A DNA stretch of 64,000 bases from Clostridia bacterium (lineage in GTDB: Bacteria > Bacillota > Clostridia > Oscillospirales > CAG-272), in NCBI GenBank assembly GCA_017447775.1, contig JAFSMU010000009.1, positions 4,531-68,530 on the forward strand, given 5' to 3'. The notes under the pieces were generated by a model. It saw nothing but the letters and a program-made list of their open reading frames with translations, did not search any database and had not been told where the DNA came from. The position numbers and the translations under genes are program-made. Positions 9,373-18,396 of the stretch are shown here, in pieces. Positions within the stretch are counted from its first letter, which is position 1. Every line of letters begins with the position of its first letter.

Positions 9373-9975
9373 ATGTGGGAATATGAAAAACGGCTGCAAT
9401 TTCCCGTAAAGATCAAAAATCCCGACGCGCGCGCCGCGAAAGTGATCATAAGCCAATACGGCGGCCCCGACGGAGAGCTTGGCGCGTCGCTGCGCTATCT
9501 TTCGCAAAGATTTTCGATGCCGTACCAGCAGGTGTCGGGGCTGCTTACCGACATCGGTACGGAGGAGCTTGCACACCTTGAAATGATCGGCGCAATACTG
9601 TATCAGCTCACAAAAGGGCTTGACATACCCGAGATAAAAGATTCGGGATTTGATACATACTTTGTCGACCACACCCTCGGCGTATATCCGCAGGCGGCGT
9701 CGGGAACGCCGTACACGGCGGCGTTTATGCAGTCAAAGGGCGATCCGATAACCGACCTTATGGAAGATATGGCGGCGGAACAGAAGGCGCGCACAACGTA
9801 TGACAATATACTCAAGCTCGTCGACGACCCCGACGTCATCGCGCCGATAAAATTTCTGCGCCAGCGCGAGATAGTACACTTCCAGCGCTTCGGCGAGGCG
9901 CTCGGAATAGTGCGGGATAATCTCGACAGCAAAAACTACTATTTCATCAACCCGTCATTCCCCGACGGGTGCTGA
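9373..9975 (+). CDS. cotJC: Spore coat protein CotJC (manganese catalase family)
   Basis: Contains GELGASLRYLSQRF and TEELAHLEMIG, the ferritin-like Mn-catalase motifs. Confidence 0.93.
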   Translation: MWEYEKRLQFPVKIKNPDARAAKVIISQYGGPDGELGASLRYLSQRFSMPYQQVSGLLTDIGTEELAHLEMIGAILYQLTKGLDIPEIKDSGFDTYFVDHTLGVYPQAASGTPYTAAFMQSKGDPITDLMEDMAAEQKARTTYDNILKLVDDPDVIAPIKFLRQREIVHFQRFGEALGIVRDNLDSKNYYFINPSFPDGC

Positions 9976-9992
9976 ACGATATCATATAATTC

Positions 9993-10020
9993 AAGCGGCG
10001 AAAAAACGCCGCTTTTTGTA
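9993..10020 (+). terminator. Rho-independent terminator after cotJC
   Basis: Stem AGCGGCG / loop AAAAAA / stem CGCCGCT, followed by TTTTT. Confidence 0.75.
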
Positions 10021-10057
10021 TTTCGCGTCTTTGATTTTGCAAGTCGGCAAAAAAATC

Positions 10058-10086
10058 TTGCAAAAATTTTGCATTTCTTTTATACT
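10058..10086 (+). promoter_or_regulatory. Sigma-A-like promoter TTGCAA-17-TATACT
   Basis: -35 at 10058-10063, exactly 17-nt spacer, -10 at 10081-10086. Lies 29 nt upstream of a GTG micro-ORF. Confidence 0.5.
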
Positions 10087-10114
10087 GTTATTGCGCGCAA
10101 AGAGAGGTGATTTT

Positions 10115-10198
10115 GTGAAAATATACATAACGCAAAAGCCCGACGGCGACGAACTCAAGGACTTCCTCGACGAGTTCTACGGCGCGTTGGGCGAATAA
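10115..10198 (+). CDS. 27-aa acidic micro-protein (hypothetical)
   Basis: GTG start 7 nt after AGAGAGG. Peptide MKIYITQKPDGDELKDFLDEFYGALGE. It has its own promoter and terminator. Confidence 0.4.
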   Translation: MKIYITQKPDGDELKDFLDEFYGALGE

Positions 10199-10210
10199 TG
10201 AAAAAGCACA

Positions 10211-10240
10211 ACGGCGGGGTCATGCCCCGCCGTTTTTTGT
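10211..10240. terminator. Bidirectional rho-independent terminator
   Basis: Stem CGGCGGGG / loop TCAT / stem CCCCGCCG, flanked by an A-run upstream and a T-run downstream. Sits between convergent genes. Confidence 0.8.
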
Positions 10241-10253
10241 TTCAGCGCCTTTT

Positions 10254-11777
10254 TTACCCTTTTTTCGAAAGCTCCGCTATCTTTTCAAGCCCGTCAACAT
10301 CTGCGATGCCGTAAATCCCGATCATTTTCAAAACAACGGGGAGCGCGTTTGACGTATCACAGAATATATCCGGTCTTATGCCCGCGACGTCGCTGTTTTC
10401 AATCGAATTGTTAAACAGATTCATCTCGCTCCCGATGCTGACCTCAACGCCTGATCGCGGCAGGACAAAATCATCTCTGACCGTCAGCATACATCCTCGG
10501 CTGACGCCCCCGATAACCACGACATTTTGCAGCGTCTTCAAGTATTCGACGGCATACTCGCCGGACGACGCCGTATTTCCGTCTATAAGGACAAATATCG
10601 GAATATCGTTTTCAATTATTTTCTCATCATATTCATAAACGTCGACGTCATAATAGCAATATTCACTGTCTGACAGCTCGGAGCCGGATCTATAAAAATC
10701 AATGCTGTTGTATCTATCATACTGAAATTGCCATACAGATGGCTTGATCCCCGTGAAATTAGTTATCCATTTTGAAGGGTAACTTGCAAGTCCTCCTCTA
10801 TTGCCTCTCAAATCTAAAATCAAGCATTTTGATTCGCGCGCTGTGACGGCGTCATTTATAAAAGTTTGTAAAACGTCGTCGTAATCACGTGAGAAAGACC
10901 GGATCGAAATATACGTTATCCCGTTTTCCTGTACAAAATTATAGTCCGCGTCGCTCAACGGCCAAAAATGATAGATTTTTTCCCATTTCAACGTTTGATA
11001 CTTTATCTTTCCGCCGTTTTCAAGCGTCAGAAAACTTTTCGGAGCATTTTCGCCGTCTTTTATCACAAGCACCGGACTGTATATTATCTCTCCCATATCG
11101 TTGAGAGAAAGTTCCATTGATATCCGATCGTCGCTGAATTCGGAAATATACCATTTTTCGCCGTTGATATATTTATAAAAACCGCCGTCGTCGCGAAGAA
11201 ATTGATGTTCCTGTGCGTACCAGCATCTTTGGTTTTCCGCAGTGCTCACGCCATCCGCGGCAAGATGCCCGTCCACAGCAAAAGAAATGCTTTCCAGAAT
11301 GGCTTTCGCGATCATGTCCCGGGTGATAGAGGCGCTATTTTCCAGTTTTTTGATCGCCTCGTATTTGGCGGGGAGAAAAGCGTCGTCTCCGCCAAAATAA
11401 TAATATGCCCCGTAATGAAGTTTCAGCAATCTGAAAAAAAGATCGATGTCGTAAACCGCATCATCGTACGTTATTATCGAATCCGGCGAAGTATCGGATT
11501 TTCCGCAAAGCGCATATATCTCTTCTTTTGTCAAAAGCGAGTACAGCGATTTGTCGCATTTTATAAATTCTTCTACGCCGTCATATCCGCGCGGCTCGTT
11601 TGCGATCGCTTCACGCTCTGCGTTGAGGTTGCTCATGATTTCGGATATTTCGACATATATGCCGTCTGTGCCGCCGACGGGGTTTTCCATTTTTGCATCA
11701 AAAAAGGAAAATGTGCATGACGGAGCCGACATTACAGCCGCTATTATTAAAATAAGGCATAAAACTCTTTTTATCAT
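10254..11777 (-). CDS. S41-family (C-terminal processing-type) peptidase, secreted or lipoprotein
   Basis: Contains LILDLRGNRGGL and VLIDGNTASSGEYAVEYLK, the S41 motifs. Start set at MIKRVLCLILIIAAVMSAPSC (signal peptide with a lipobox-like Cys). Confidence 0.75.
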   Translation of the reverse strand: MIKRVLCLILIIAAVMSAPSCTFSFFDAKMENPVGGTDGIYVEISEIMSNLNAEREAIANEPRGYDGVEEFIKCDKSLYSLLTKEEIYALCGKSDTSPDSIITYDDAVYDIDLFFRLLKLHYGAYYYFGGDDAFLPAKYEAIKKLENSASITRDMIAKAILESISFAVDGHLAADGVSTAENQRCWYAQEHQFLRDDGGFYKYINGEKWYISEFSDDRISMELSLNDMGEIIYSPVLVIKDGENAPKSFLTLENGGKIKYQTLKWEKIYHFWPLSDADYNFVQENGITYISIRSFSRDYDDVLQTFINDAVTARESKCLILDLRGNRGGLASYPSKWITNFTGIKPSVWQFQYDRYNSIDFYRSGSELSDSEYCYYDVDVYEYDEKIIENDIPIFVLIDGNTASSGEYAVEYLKTLQNVVVIGGVSRGCMLTVRDDFVLPRSGVEVSIGSEMNLFNNSIENSDVAGIRPDIFCDTSNALPVVLKMIGIYGIADVDGLEKIAELSKKG

Positions 11778-11913
11778 TTGTGCACCTCCAAGTAATATTA
11801 TATATAAAACGATGTTTTTTGTCAATCCCCGTTACATATACGCCGTTTATGTTGACAAAATCACATATTTATGTTATATTCAAAATGTAAAATTATATTT
11901 TTCGGAGGCATAT

Positions 11914-12960
11914 ATGGCAACAAACGGAATGGTAGACAGCGGACTCTTCACAATGGCAAAACCAAGGGAAAAAGTCGATGAATCGATCTACAAAACGGCG
12001 GCGTGCATCACGCGTTATCCCGAGCCGGTGCTATCGCACAAGGACGTGCCGTATCGCTCGGCGCTGACATTCAACGCGGGGGTGCTTAAAAAAGACGGCA
12101 GGTACATAATGATATTCCGCAACGACGTGGGCGACTTTGACCGTCAGATACTCGACGGAAAAACGAACCTCGGACTTGCTTTTTCCGACGACGGTATACA
12201 CTTCAATGTCGAGCCGGAGCCGTGCTTTGAGATGAAATCCAGCGAGATCAACCGCGTTTACGATCCGCGCCTGTCATATATTGACGGAGAGTATATAATG
12301 TGTTTTGCCGTCGACACGCGCCACGGCGTATGCGGCGGAATAGCGACGACAAAAGACCTGCACAATTTCGAGGTAAAGTCGATATCCGTTCCCGAAAACA
12401 GAAATATGGTCATGTTCCCCGAAAAAATTAACGGAAAGTATGTCCGTCTTGAACGCCCCATGCCCGTTTATTCGCGCGACGGAAATTATTTTGATATATG
12501 GCTCTCCGACTCGCCCGATCTCGTCTATTGGGGCAATTCAAAACTCGTCATGGGCACGGAGGACGTGCCGTTCTGTAACGACAAGATAGGTCCCGGCGCA
12601 CCGCCGATAAAGACGGACAAGGGGTGGCTGATGATATTCCACGCCGTCGACGTCGATCCGAGCCGCGGCAAGAACGGCTGGGAAAAATACTGGCGCAAGA
12701 GATACGTCATTGGCATAGCTCTGCTCGATAAGGACGATCCGTCAAAGGTGATCGGTATGTCAAAGCGGCCGCTGATCGTGCCGGAGGGTAAAATGGAAAC
12801 TGTCGACGGCTACCGCGCAAACGCGCTCTTCCCTTGCGGGATGCTGATGGAAGACGACAACAAGACAGTGCGCATATATTACAGCGCGGGCGACGCAGTC
12901 GTAAGACTTGCGACTGCAAACGTCGACGATCTGCTCGCGCTCTGCACGGAGGAAAGATAA
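11914..12960 (+). CDS. GH130-family glycoside phosphorylase/hydrolase (beta-mannoside type)
   Basis: ATG at 11914, 4 nt after GGAGG. Five-bladed-propeller GH130 pattern (FNAGV, RVYDPRLSYIDGEY, GPGAPPIKT, IGIALLD). Confidence 0.85.
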   Translation: MATNGMVDSGLFTMAKPREKVDESIYKTAACITRYPEPVLSHKDVPYRSALTFNAGVLKKDGRYIMIFRNDVGDFDRQILDGKTNLGLAFSDDGIHFNVEPEPCFEMKSSEINRVYDPRLSYIDGEYIMCFAVDTRHGVCGGIATTKDLHNFEVKSISVPENRNMVMFPEKINGKYVRLERPMPVYSRDGNYFDIWLSDSPDLVYWGNSKLVMGTEDVPFCNDKIGPGAPPIKTDKGWLMIFHAVDVDPSRGKNGWEKYWRKRYVIGIALLDKDDPSKVIGMSKRPLIVPEGKMETVDGYRANALFPCGMLMEDDNKTVRIYYSAGDAVVRLATANVDDLLALCTEER

Positions 12961-14355
12961 ATGAAGCCCGTTTCGTCTTGGAATTTTACGCCCTACGCGC
13001 CGCTTGACAGGCCGGAGAGGGTGAGAAATCCGTATATATGCCGCATTGTTCCGAGCGATGACGGATGCGAGATATATTTCATCGACAACGGCGGAAAAAG
13101 CGAGGCGCACACGTTGAACTATCGCTTGCGCGGCGAGGAAAAGTACATTTCCGTCGCGCTCGGCGCGTCGCAAAAAGCGGCGCTTGACGGGCTTATGCCC
13201 GAAACGGACTATGAATTTTATATCGAGCGCTCGGACGGCGCAAAAAGCGCCGTGCGCCTTTTCCGCACGGGCGGCGTTTACGGCAGTATCGTAAACTACC
13301 TGCATCCCGACGACGAATATTATTACTTTTCGGGCAGGTATCTCTGTTCGCCGTGCCTGTGTCGGCTTCCGAGCGGACGACTGCTTTCTTCGATGGATGT
13401 GTTTGAGGCGAACAACGCGCAAAATCTCACTTTAATATTTTGCTCCGACGACGGCGGCGAAAGCTGGCAGTATCTGACGGAACTGTTCCCGTGCTTTTGG
13501 GGGCAGATGTTCGTTGAAAACGGGCGGCTGTATATGCTCGGCGTGTCAAACGAATACGGCGATCTGCTTATCGGCGCATCGGACGACGAGGGCAAGACGT
13601 GGTCGCTCCCGACGGTACTTTTCCGCGGCGCGGCAAATCCGCGCCGACGCGGGCTTCATCGCGCGCCGATGAAGCTGCTTCGCTCCAACGGTAGGCTTTG
13701 GACCGACGTCGAATTCGGCGCGTGGGGCGAAAAAGAGATGAATAACGCGGTTCTGTCGGCGCCTCTCGGCTGTGCCGACTACACCGACGCATCCGTGTGG
13801 GTGATGAGCGATTTCTGGCGGCACGCGGAATTCAAAAAAACGGCAAAAGACGGCGAGACGGTCGACGGATGTATCGGCGGCATCGAGGGCAATCTTGTCG
13901 AAGCGCCCGACGGCACGATATATAACTTTCTCCGATATGCAAGACAAAAGTGCCTGATGCTTAAAATAGATGAAAACGATCCCGAAAAAATGCCGACTTA
14001 CGCGCGCCTTGTCGATATAGGCATCACGCCGTCAAAGTTCGATATTGTATTCGACGGCGTTTCAAAATATTACTACGCGATCTGCTCGCGCGCCATCGAC
14101 GAGCCGAGAACGGAGAGAAACGTGTTGTCGCTTTTCCGCTCGCCCGATCTTATAAATTGGGAGTGCGTGCGTGATCTTATCGACGAAAGAAACGCCGATC
14201 CGAAGATCGTCGGGTTTCAGTACGTGTCGGCGCTCATCGACGGCGACGATATGATCTTTCTCTGCCGCACCTCATACGGCGCACCGCATAACTTCCACGA
14301 CGCAAACTATCAGACGTTCCACAAAATAAAGAATTTCAGAAAGCTAAAAGGATAA
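12961..14355 (+). CDS. BNR/Asp-box repeat, sialidase-like glycoside hydrolase
   Basis: Two Asp-boxes, SDDGGESW and SDDEGKTW. Starts 1 nt after the GH130 stop. Confidence 0.65.
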   Translation: MKPVSSWNFTPYAPLDRPERVRNPYICRIVPSDDGCEIYFIDNGGKSEAHTLNYRLRGEEKYISVALGASQKAALDGLMPETDYEFYIERSDGAKSAVRLFRTGGVYGSIVNYLHPDDEYYYFSGRYLCSPCLCRLPSGRLLSSMDVFEANNAQNLTLIFCSDDGGESWQYLTELFPCFWGQMFVENGRLYMLGVSNEYGDLLIGASDDEGKTWSLPTVLFRGAANPRRRGLHRAPMKLLRSNGRLWTDVEFGAWGEKEMNNAVLSAPLGCADYTDASVWVMSDFWRHAEFKKTAKDGETVDGCIGGIEGNLVEAPDGTIYNFLRYARQKCLMLKIDENDPEKMPTYARLVDIGITPSKFDIVFDGVSKYYYAICSRAIDEPRTERNVLSLFRSPDLINWECVRDLIDERNADPKIVGFQYVSALIDGDDMIFLCRTSYGAPHNFHDANYQTFHKIKNFRKLKG

Positions 14356-14357
14356 AA

Positions 14358-15104
14358 ATGGAATACATAAGAGTAACAAAAGAAAATCTTGCAAAGGAGC
14401 ATATATGCTGCGCCATTTCAAATAACGACGACGTTCAGGTATCGTCGAAAAAAGCGTGGCTTGCCGACAGATTTGACGACGGTCTTGTTTTTCTGAAAAG
14501 TATCGAGCGCGGCAAATGCTTCATCGAGTACATTCCGGCGGAAAACGCGTGGAATCCGATCGACGCAGACGGGTATATGTATATCGACTGCCTTTGGGTG
14601 TCGGGATCGCTTAAGGGACACGGGTATTCGACCGATCTGCTTTGCGAATGTATCCGCGACAGCAAGGAAAAAGGCAAAATCGGTCTTTGCGTTCTGTCAT
14701 CGGCGAAGAAAAAGCCGTTTCTATCAGATCCCGCGTTTTTGAAGCACAAGGGTTTTTCAGTATGCGACGAGGCGGACAACGGGATCGAGCTTTGGTATCT
14801 GCCGTTTGACAGCAAAGCTCCCGCTCCGAAGTTCAAAGAATGTGCAAAGCATCCGCACATCGACGATGGCGGATACGTTCTTTACTACACAAATCAATGT
14901 CCTTTCAACGCGAAATACGTTCCGATAGTTGAAGCAACGGCAAAGGCGCAGTCTGTCGATTTTAAGGCGATACGCATAATGACAAAAGAACAGGCGCAAA
15001 GCGCGCCGACTCCGATAACGACATACGCGCTGTTTTATAACGGAAAATACATCACAAACGAGCAGATGAACGACAAGAGATTTCTGAAATTGCTTTCAAA
15101 ATAG
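14358..15104 (+). CDS. GNAT N-acetyltransferase with YoaP-like C-terminal domain
   Basis: GNAT core (DCLWVSGSLKGHGYSTDLL) followed by a C-terminal YYTNQCPF...ALFYNG YoaP-like segment. Confidence 0.65.
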   Translation: MEYIRVTKENLAKEHICCAISNNDDVQVSSKKAWLADRFDDGLVFLKSIERGKCFIEYIPAENAWNPIDADGYMYIDCLWVSGSLKGHGYSTDLLCECIRDSKEKGKIGLCVLSSAKKKPFLSDPAFLKHKGFSVCDEADNGIELWYLPFDSKAPAPKFKECAKHPHIDDGGYVLYYTNQCPFNAKYVPIVEATAKAQSVDFKAIRIMTKEQAQSAPTPITTYALFYNGKYITNEQMNDKRFLKLLSK

Positions 15105-15121
15105 CGAGAAAGGACAAGGCC

Positions 15122-15757
15122 ATGACAAAACTCGATGAGCTTATTTCGCGCTATCCCGCGCTTGGCGCGTGCCGCGCGGAAATTGACGCGGCAAAGGACG
15201 CGATGATAAAAACGTACCGCGCGGGCGGAAAAATACTGATCTGCGGAAACGGCGGTTCAGCCGCCGACGCGGAGCATATTTCGGGGGAGCTTCTCAAAGG
15301 CTTTCTTTCGCGCCGAAAAATGACGGCAGACGAGCGCGGCGCATTTGAAGCGGCGCTCGGCGAGCGCGCCGCAGAGTATGCCGACAAGCTCCAGCGCGGC
15401 ATTCCCGCCGTACCGCTTACTTCCCTCTCCGCCGCCCTTACCGCATACATAAACGACGTCGACGCAGAGTTTATGTATGCACAGCTTGTGTTCGCGCTCG
15501 GCAAAAAAGAAGACTTGCTGATAGCGATATCGACGTCCGGCAATTCAAAAAACTGCGTGCGTGCGGCGGAAACGGCAAAAGCGCTTGGGATAAAGACGAT
15601 AGCGCTGACAGGCGAGCGCGAAAGCCGCTTATCCGATATATGCGATATAACTATCCGCGTGCCCGAAACTGAAACGTACAAAATACAGGAATATCATCTG
15701 CCCGTGTATCATTATCTATGCGCGGCGACTGAACAGGAGGTTTTCGATGAAGCTTGA
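15122..15757 (+). CDS. SIS-domain sugar-phosphate isomerase (GmhA-like)
   Basis: Contains ILICGNGGSAADAEHISGEL and ISTSGNS, the SIS motifs. Confidence 0.8.
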   Translation: MTKLDELISRYPALGACRAEIDAAKDAMIKTYRAGGKILICGNGGSAADAEHISGELLKGFLSRRKMTADERGAFEAALGERAAEYADKLQRGIPAVPLTSLSAALTAYINDVDAEFMYAQLVFALGKKEDLLIAISTSGNSKNCVRAAETAKALGIKTIALTGERESRLSDICDITIRVPETETYKIQEYHLPVYHYLCAATEQEVFDEA

Positions 15758-16667
15758 ATTTAACGTCCGCGACCGCGTATGCTTCCTCGGCGACAGCATA
15801 ACGGCGCATGGCTTCTGGGAGGCGGAGGTCGTCGAGTATTTTCTGCAAAATTACCCGCAGTACAAGGTCGAGTTCTACAACTGCGGCATATCAGGCACAA
15901 AAGGCAAAAACGCCGAGGAAAAGAACCGTCTTTGGTGCGACTTTTTCAATTTCTTCCCGCGATATGCGGTCATTATGTTCGGCATGAACGACGTTGAAAC
16001 GTACCTTTACGACAAAAAGACGGAAACGCCGGAGCGCGTTTCCCGCCGCGAAAGCGTGCTTTTGGATTATCGCTCAACTATCGAGCATCTTGTCGACGTT
16101 TGCCGCTCGCGCGGCATTGTGCCGATACTTTGCACGCCGACGCCGTACGACGAGTACAATTCCCTGCCGAGCGATATTCGGGAAGGCGCTGACAGCGCGC
16201 TTGAATACTGCGCCGGCGTTGTTCGCGACGTGTGCCGCGAGGAAAACATCCTGCTTTGCGATATGCGTAAAGTCTTAATGGAGCATATCACGCAGCAGCC
16301 GATACAAAACGACAGATGCCACCCGAACCTTTACGGTCACCATCTTATGGCGGAGCAGTTCCTTGTCAGCATCGGCGCAAAGGAAAGCGTCGAGCCGGAC
16401 CGCCCCGTTGTGCTTTCGCAGAAGAACAAGCTTCGTTTTGAGATCGAGGACATTTTGCGCGATCTGCTGTTTGTCGAGCGGGACTATATGGGCTGGCAAA
16501 GGGAGGCGTCTTATGCCACGTCCTACAGAAAGCGCCTGCTCGGCGAGCGCATAAAAAGCGAAAAGCGCGATTTTTCGCAGGTGCTTAAAAACTACAACGA
16601 GTACGCCGACATCAAGGACGAGCTTTACGGCGAGCTTGTGCGCCGCACGGCAGAGATGTATGATTGA
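15747..16667 (+). CDS. SGNH/GDSL-family hydrolase (esterase)
   Basis: Block I FLGDSIT, block III FGMND, block V DRCHPN. Overlaps the upstream gene by 11 nt. Confidence 0.75.
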   Translation: MKLEFNVRDRVCFLGDSITAHGFWEAEVVEYFLQNYPQYKVEFYNCGISGTKGKNAEEKNRLWCDFFNFFPRYAVIMFGMNDVETYLYDKKTETPERVSRRESVLLDYRSTIEHLVDVCRSRGIVPILCTPTPYDEYNSLPSDIREGADSALEYCAGVVRDVCREENILLCDMRKVLMEHITQQPIQNDRCHPNLYGHHLMAEQFLVSIGAKESVEPDRPVVLSQKNKLRFEIEDILRDLLFVERDYMGWQREASYATSYRKRLLGERIKSEKRDFSQVLKNYNEYADIKDELYGELVRRTAEMYD

Positions 16668-16684
16668 TGTAAACCTCGGGTTTA

Positions 16685-16713
16685 TTGACAAATCGCGTAC
16701 TTTAATGTAAAAT
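16685..16713 (+). promoter_or_regulatory. Sigma-A-like promoter TTGACA-17-TAAAAT
   Basis: -35 at 16685-16690, 17-nt spacer, -10 at 16708-16713. Lies upstream of a leader region and the XRE gene. Confidence 0.55.
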
Positions 16714-16837
16714 CATTACATCGCGTAGGCGAAAAAAATCACGAAAGGAGGCGGTCTTGTGTTCATTCATTCGTTCGGACGTTCTGACCGCCGCAGTATC
16801 ATCGGCTGATACAGTGAACGTTGGCGTCCGTTAATCA

Positions 16838-16866
16838 GCGCGGCGGCGCATCTTTCGCGCCGCCGC
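16838..16866 (+). promoter_or_regulatory. GC-rich leader hairpin between a short leader ORF and the XRE gene
   Basis: GCGGCGGCGC ... GCGCCGCCGC, a 10-bp perfect stem. No T-run follows. It ends about 15 nt before the GGAGG of the regulator. Confidence 0.4.
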
Positions 16867-16890
16867 AGATTCTTACTTGGAGGATCGCAT

Positions 16891-17100
16891 TTGGACGTAA
16901 ATGAAACGGTTGCAAAAAACGTAGTTTATTTCAGGAATTTGCTCGGTTTATCTCAGAATAAACTCGCGGAAAAGCTCGGCGTTTCGCCGCAGGCGATCTC
17001 AAAATGGGAGCGCGGCATCTGCTGCCCCGACATTTCCCTTTTGCCGGCACTTTCGCGCGTATTTGAGGTAAGCATTGACGAACTGTTCAAAAAAAGATAA
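16891..17100 (+). CDS. XRE-family helix-turn-helix transcriptional regulator (69 aa)
   Basis: Contains LGLSQNKLAEKLGVSPQAISKWERG. TTG start 5 nt after GGAGG. Confidence 0.8.
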   Translation: MDVNETVAKNVVYFRNLLGLSQNKLAEKLGVSPQAISKWERGICCPDISLLPALSRVFEVSIDELFKKR

Positions 17101-17131
17101 AACATCGCGCCGCGGCGCGATGTTTTATTTT
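17098..17131. terminator. Bidirectional terminator
   Basis: Stem AACATCGCGCC / GGCGCGATGTT with flanking A and T runs, between convergent genes. Confidence 0.75.
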
Positions 17132-18386
17132 ATCCATATACTTCAAGATTCGTAATGTTGCACTCGCCCTCTCGCTCGAGTATTTCAAGCGTGAATTTCG
17201 GCGCTCGCATCGGCGGGATGCGGATGATGCGCTTTCTGCCGACCGTTTCGCCTATGAAAACGCATATTTTTTTGTCGGAAATGGGTTTTCTTGACGGGAT
17301 ATGCGCCCATAGTTTGAAGGCGCGCGACCCGACGCCCGCCGTTATGTCCTCGTTTATGATCACGGCGCGGCAAAGCGGGATATTATCCGTGTCGCCGATG
17401 AGGGTATTCAGCGTATAGTCCGAATACTCGACGGAATACGTATTTTCAGATTCCTTTTTGATCGGTTCAAACAGGAGCGGATGCGCGTATCTCAGGTCAA
17501 GCTCGGCGCGCATTTGACGGAGTCTGGCAATATCAGCGTCGGGAAGAAGTCCCCTGTCGTCGGGGCCGATATTGAGAAGAAGATTCGCGCCGCGCCCGAC
17601 TGAAAGCTCGTACATGGCGCAAAGCTCGTCAACGCTTTTGAGCGTGTTCATATCAAGGTCGTAAAACCAATGCCCGCGTATGCGGCAGTCGCACTCGTAC
17701 GGCGCAAATATCGTTTTCATTTCGCCGAGGACTTTCATCGTAACGACGCCCGTGTTGCATTCCGGCGCGTAGCCGTCCTCATTGCCGACCCACACGGTGT
17801 CGGGGTCCCACATTCCGAAGATCGTGATCTGCGGTTGAAGAGAGCGAATAACGCCGATAATGCGCTTTTCGTCGTATTTGTGATCGCCCGAGCCGCACCC
17901 GTCAAACCAGAGGTAGTCGATCTTGCCGTAGCCCGTCAAAAGCTCGGAGATCTGATTTATAAAGTAGTCGTCGTATTCCTCTTCTTTGTCAAACGTAACG
18001 GCGCTCGTGCCCCATTGAGCCGGCGAATAATACAGTCCGACGGCGACGCCTTCCGCGCGGCACGCGTCGACAAACTCAGCAACAACGTCGCCGCACCCGT
18101 TTTTCCACGGCGACGCGGCAACGGAATATGACGTATATTTCGACGGCCAGAGCGCAAAACCGTCGTGGTGCTTTGTCGTCAGTATCGCATACTTTGCGCC
18201 GACGGCCTTTACCTCGCGCACCCATTGCCGACAGTCAAGCGACGACGGGTTGAACGTTTCGGCGCTCATTTCCCTGCCGTCCCAGTCGCGGTGTCCGTGA
18301 TTAAACGTTCTTATGCCGAAATGGAAGAACGCACCGAACTCAAGGTTCAGAAAATTCAGTTGCTTTTCGGTAGGCGCTATTTTCAT
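17130..18386 (-). CDS. GH29 alpha-L-fucosidase
   Basis: Contains FGAFFHFG, TTKHHDGFALWPS and YYSP motifs. Start set at MKIAP (18386). Confidence 0.88.
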   Translation of the reverse strand: MKIAPTEKQLNFLNLEFGAFFHFGIRTFNHGHRDWDGREMSAETFNPSSLDCRQWVREVKAVGAKYAILTTKHHDGFALWPSKYTSYSVAASPWKNGCGDVVAEFVDACRAEGVAVGLYYSPAQWGTSAVTFDKEEEYDDYFINQISELLTGYGKIDYLWFDGCGSGDHKYDEKRIIGVIRSLQPQITIFGMWDPDTVWVGNEDGYAPECNTGVVTMKVLGEMKTIFAPYECDCRIRGHWFYDLDMNTLKSVDELCAMYELSVGRGANLLLNIGPDDRGLLPDADIARLRQMRAELDLRYAHPLLFEPIKKESENTYSVEYSDYTLNTLIGDTDNIPLCRAVIINEDITAGVGSRAFKLWAHIPSRKPISDKKICVFIGETVGRKRIIRIPPMRAPKFTLEILEREGECNITNLEVYG

Positions 18387-18396
18387 ATTTTCCTCC

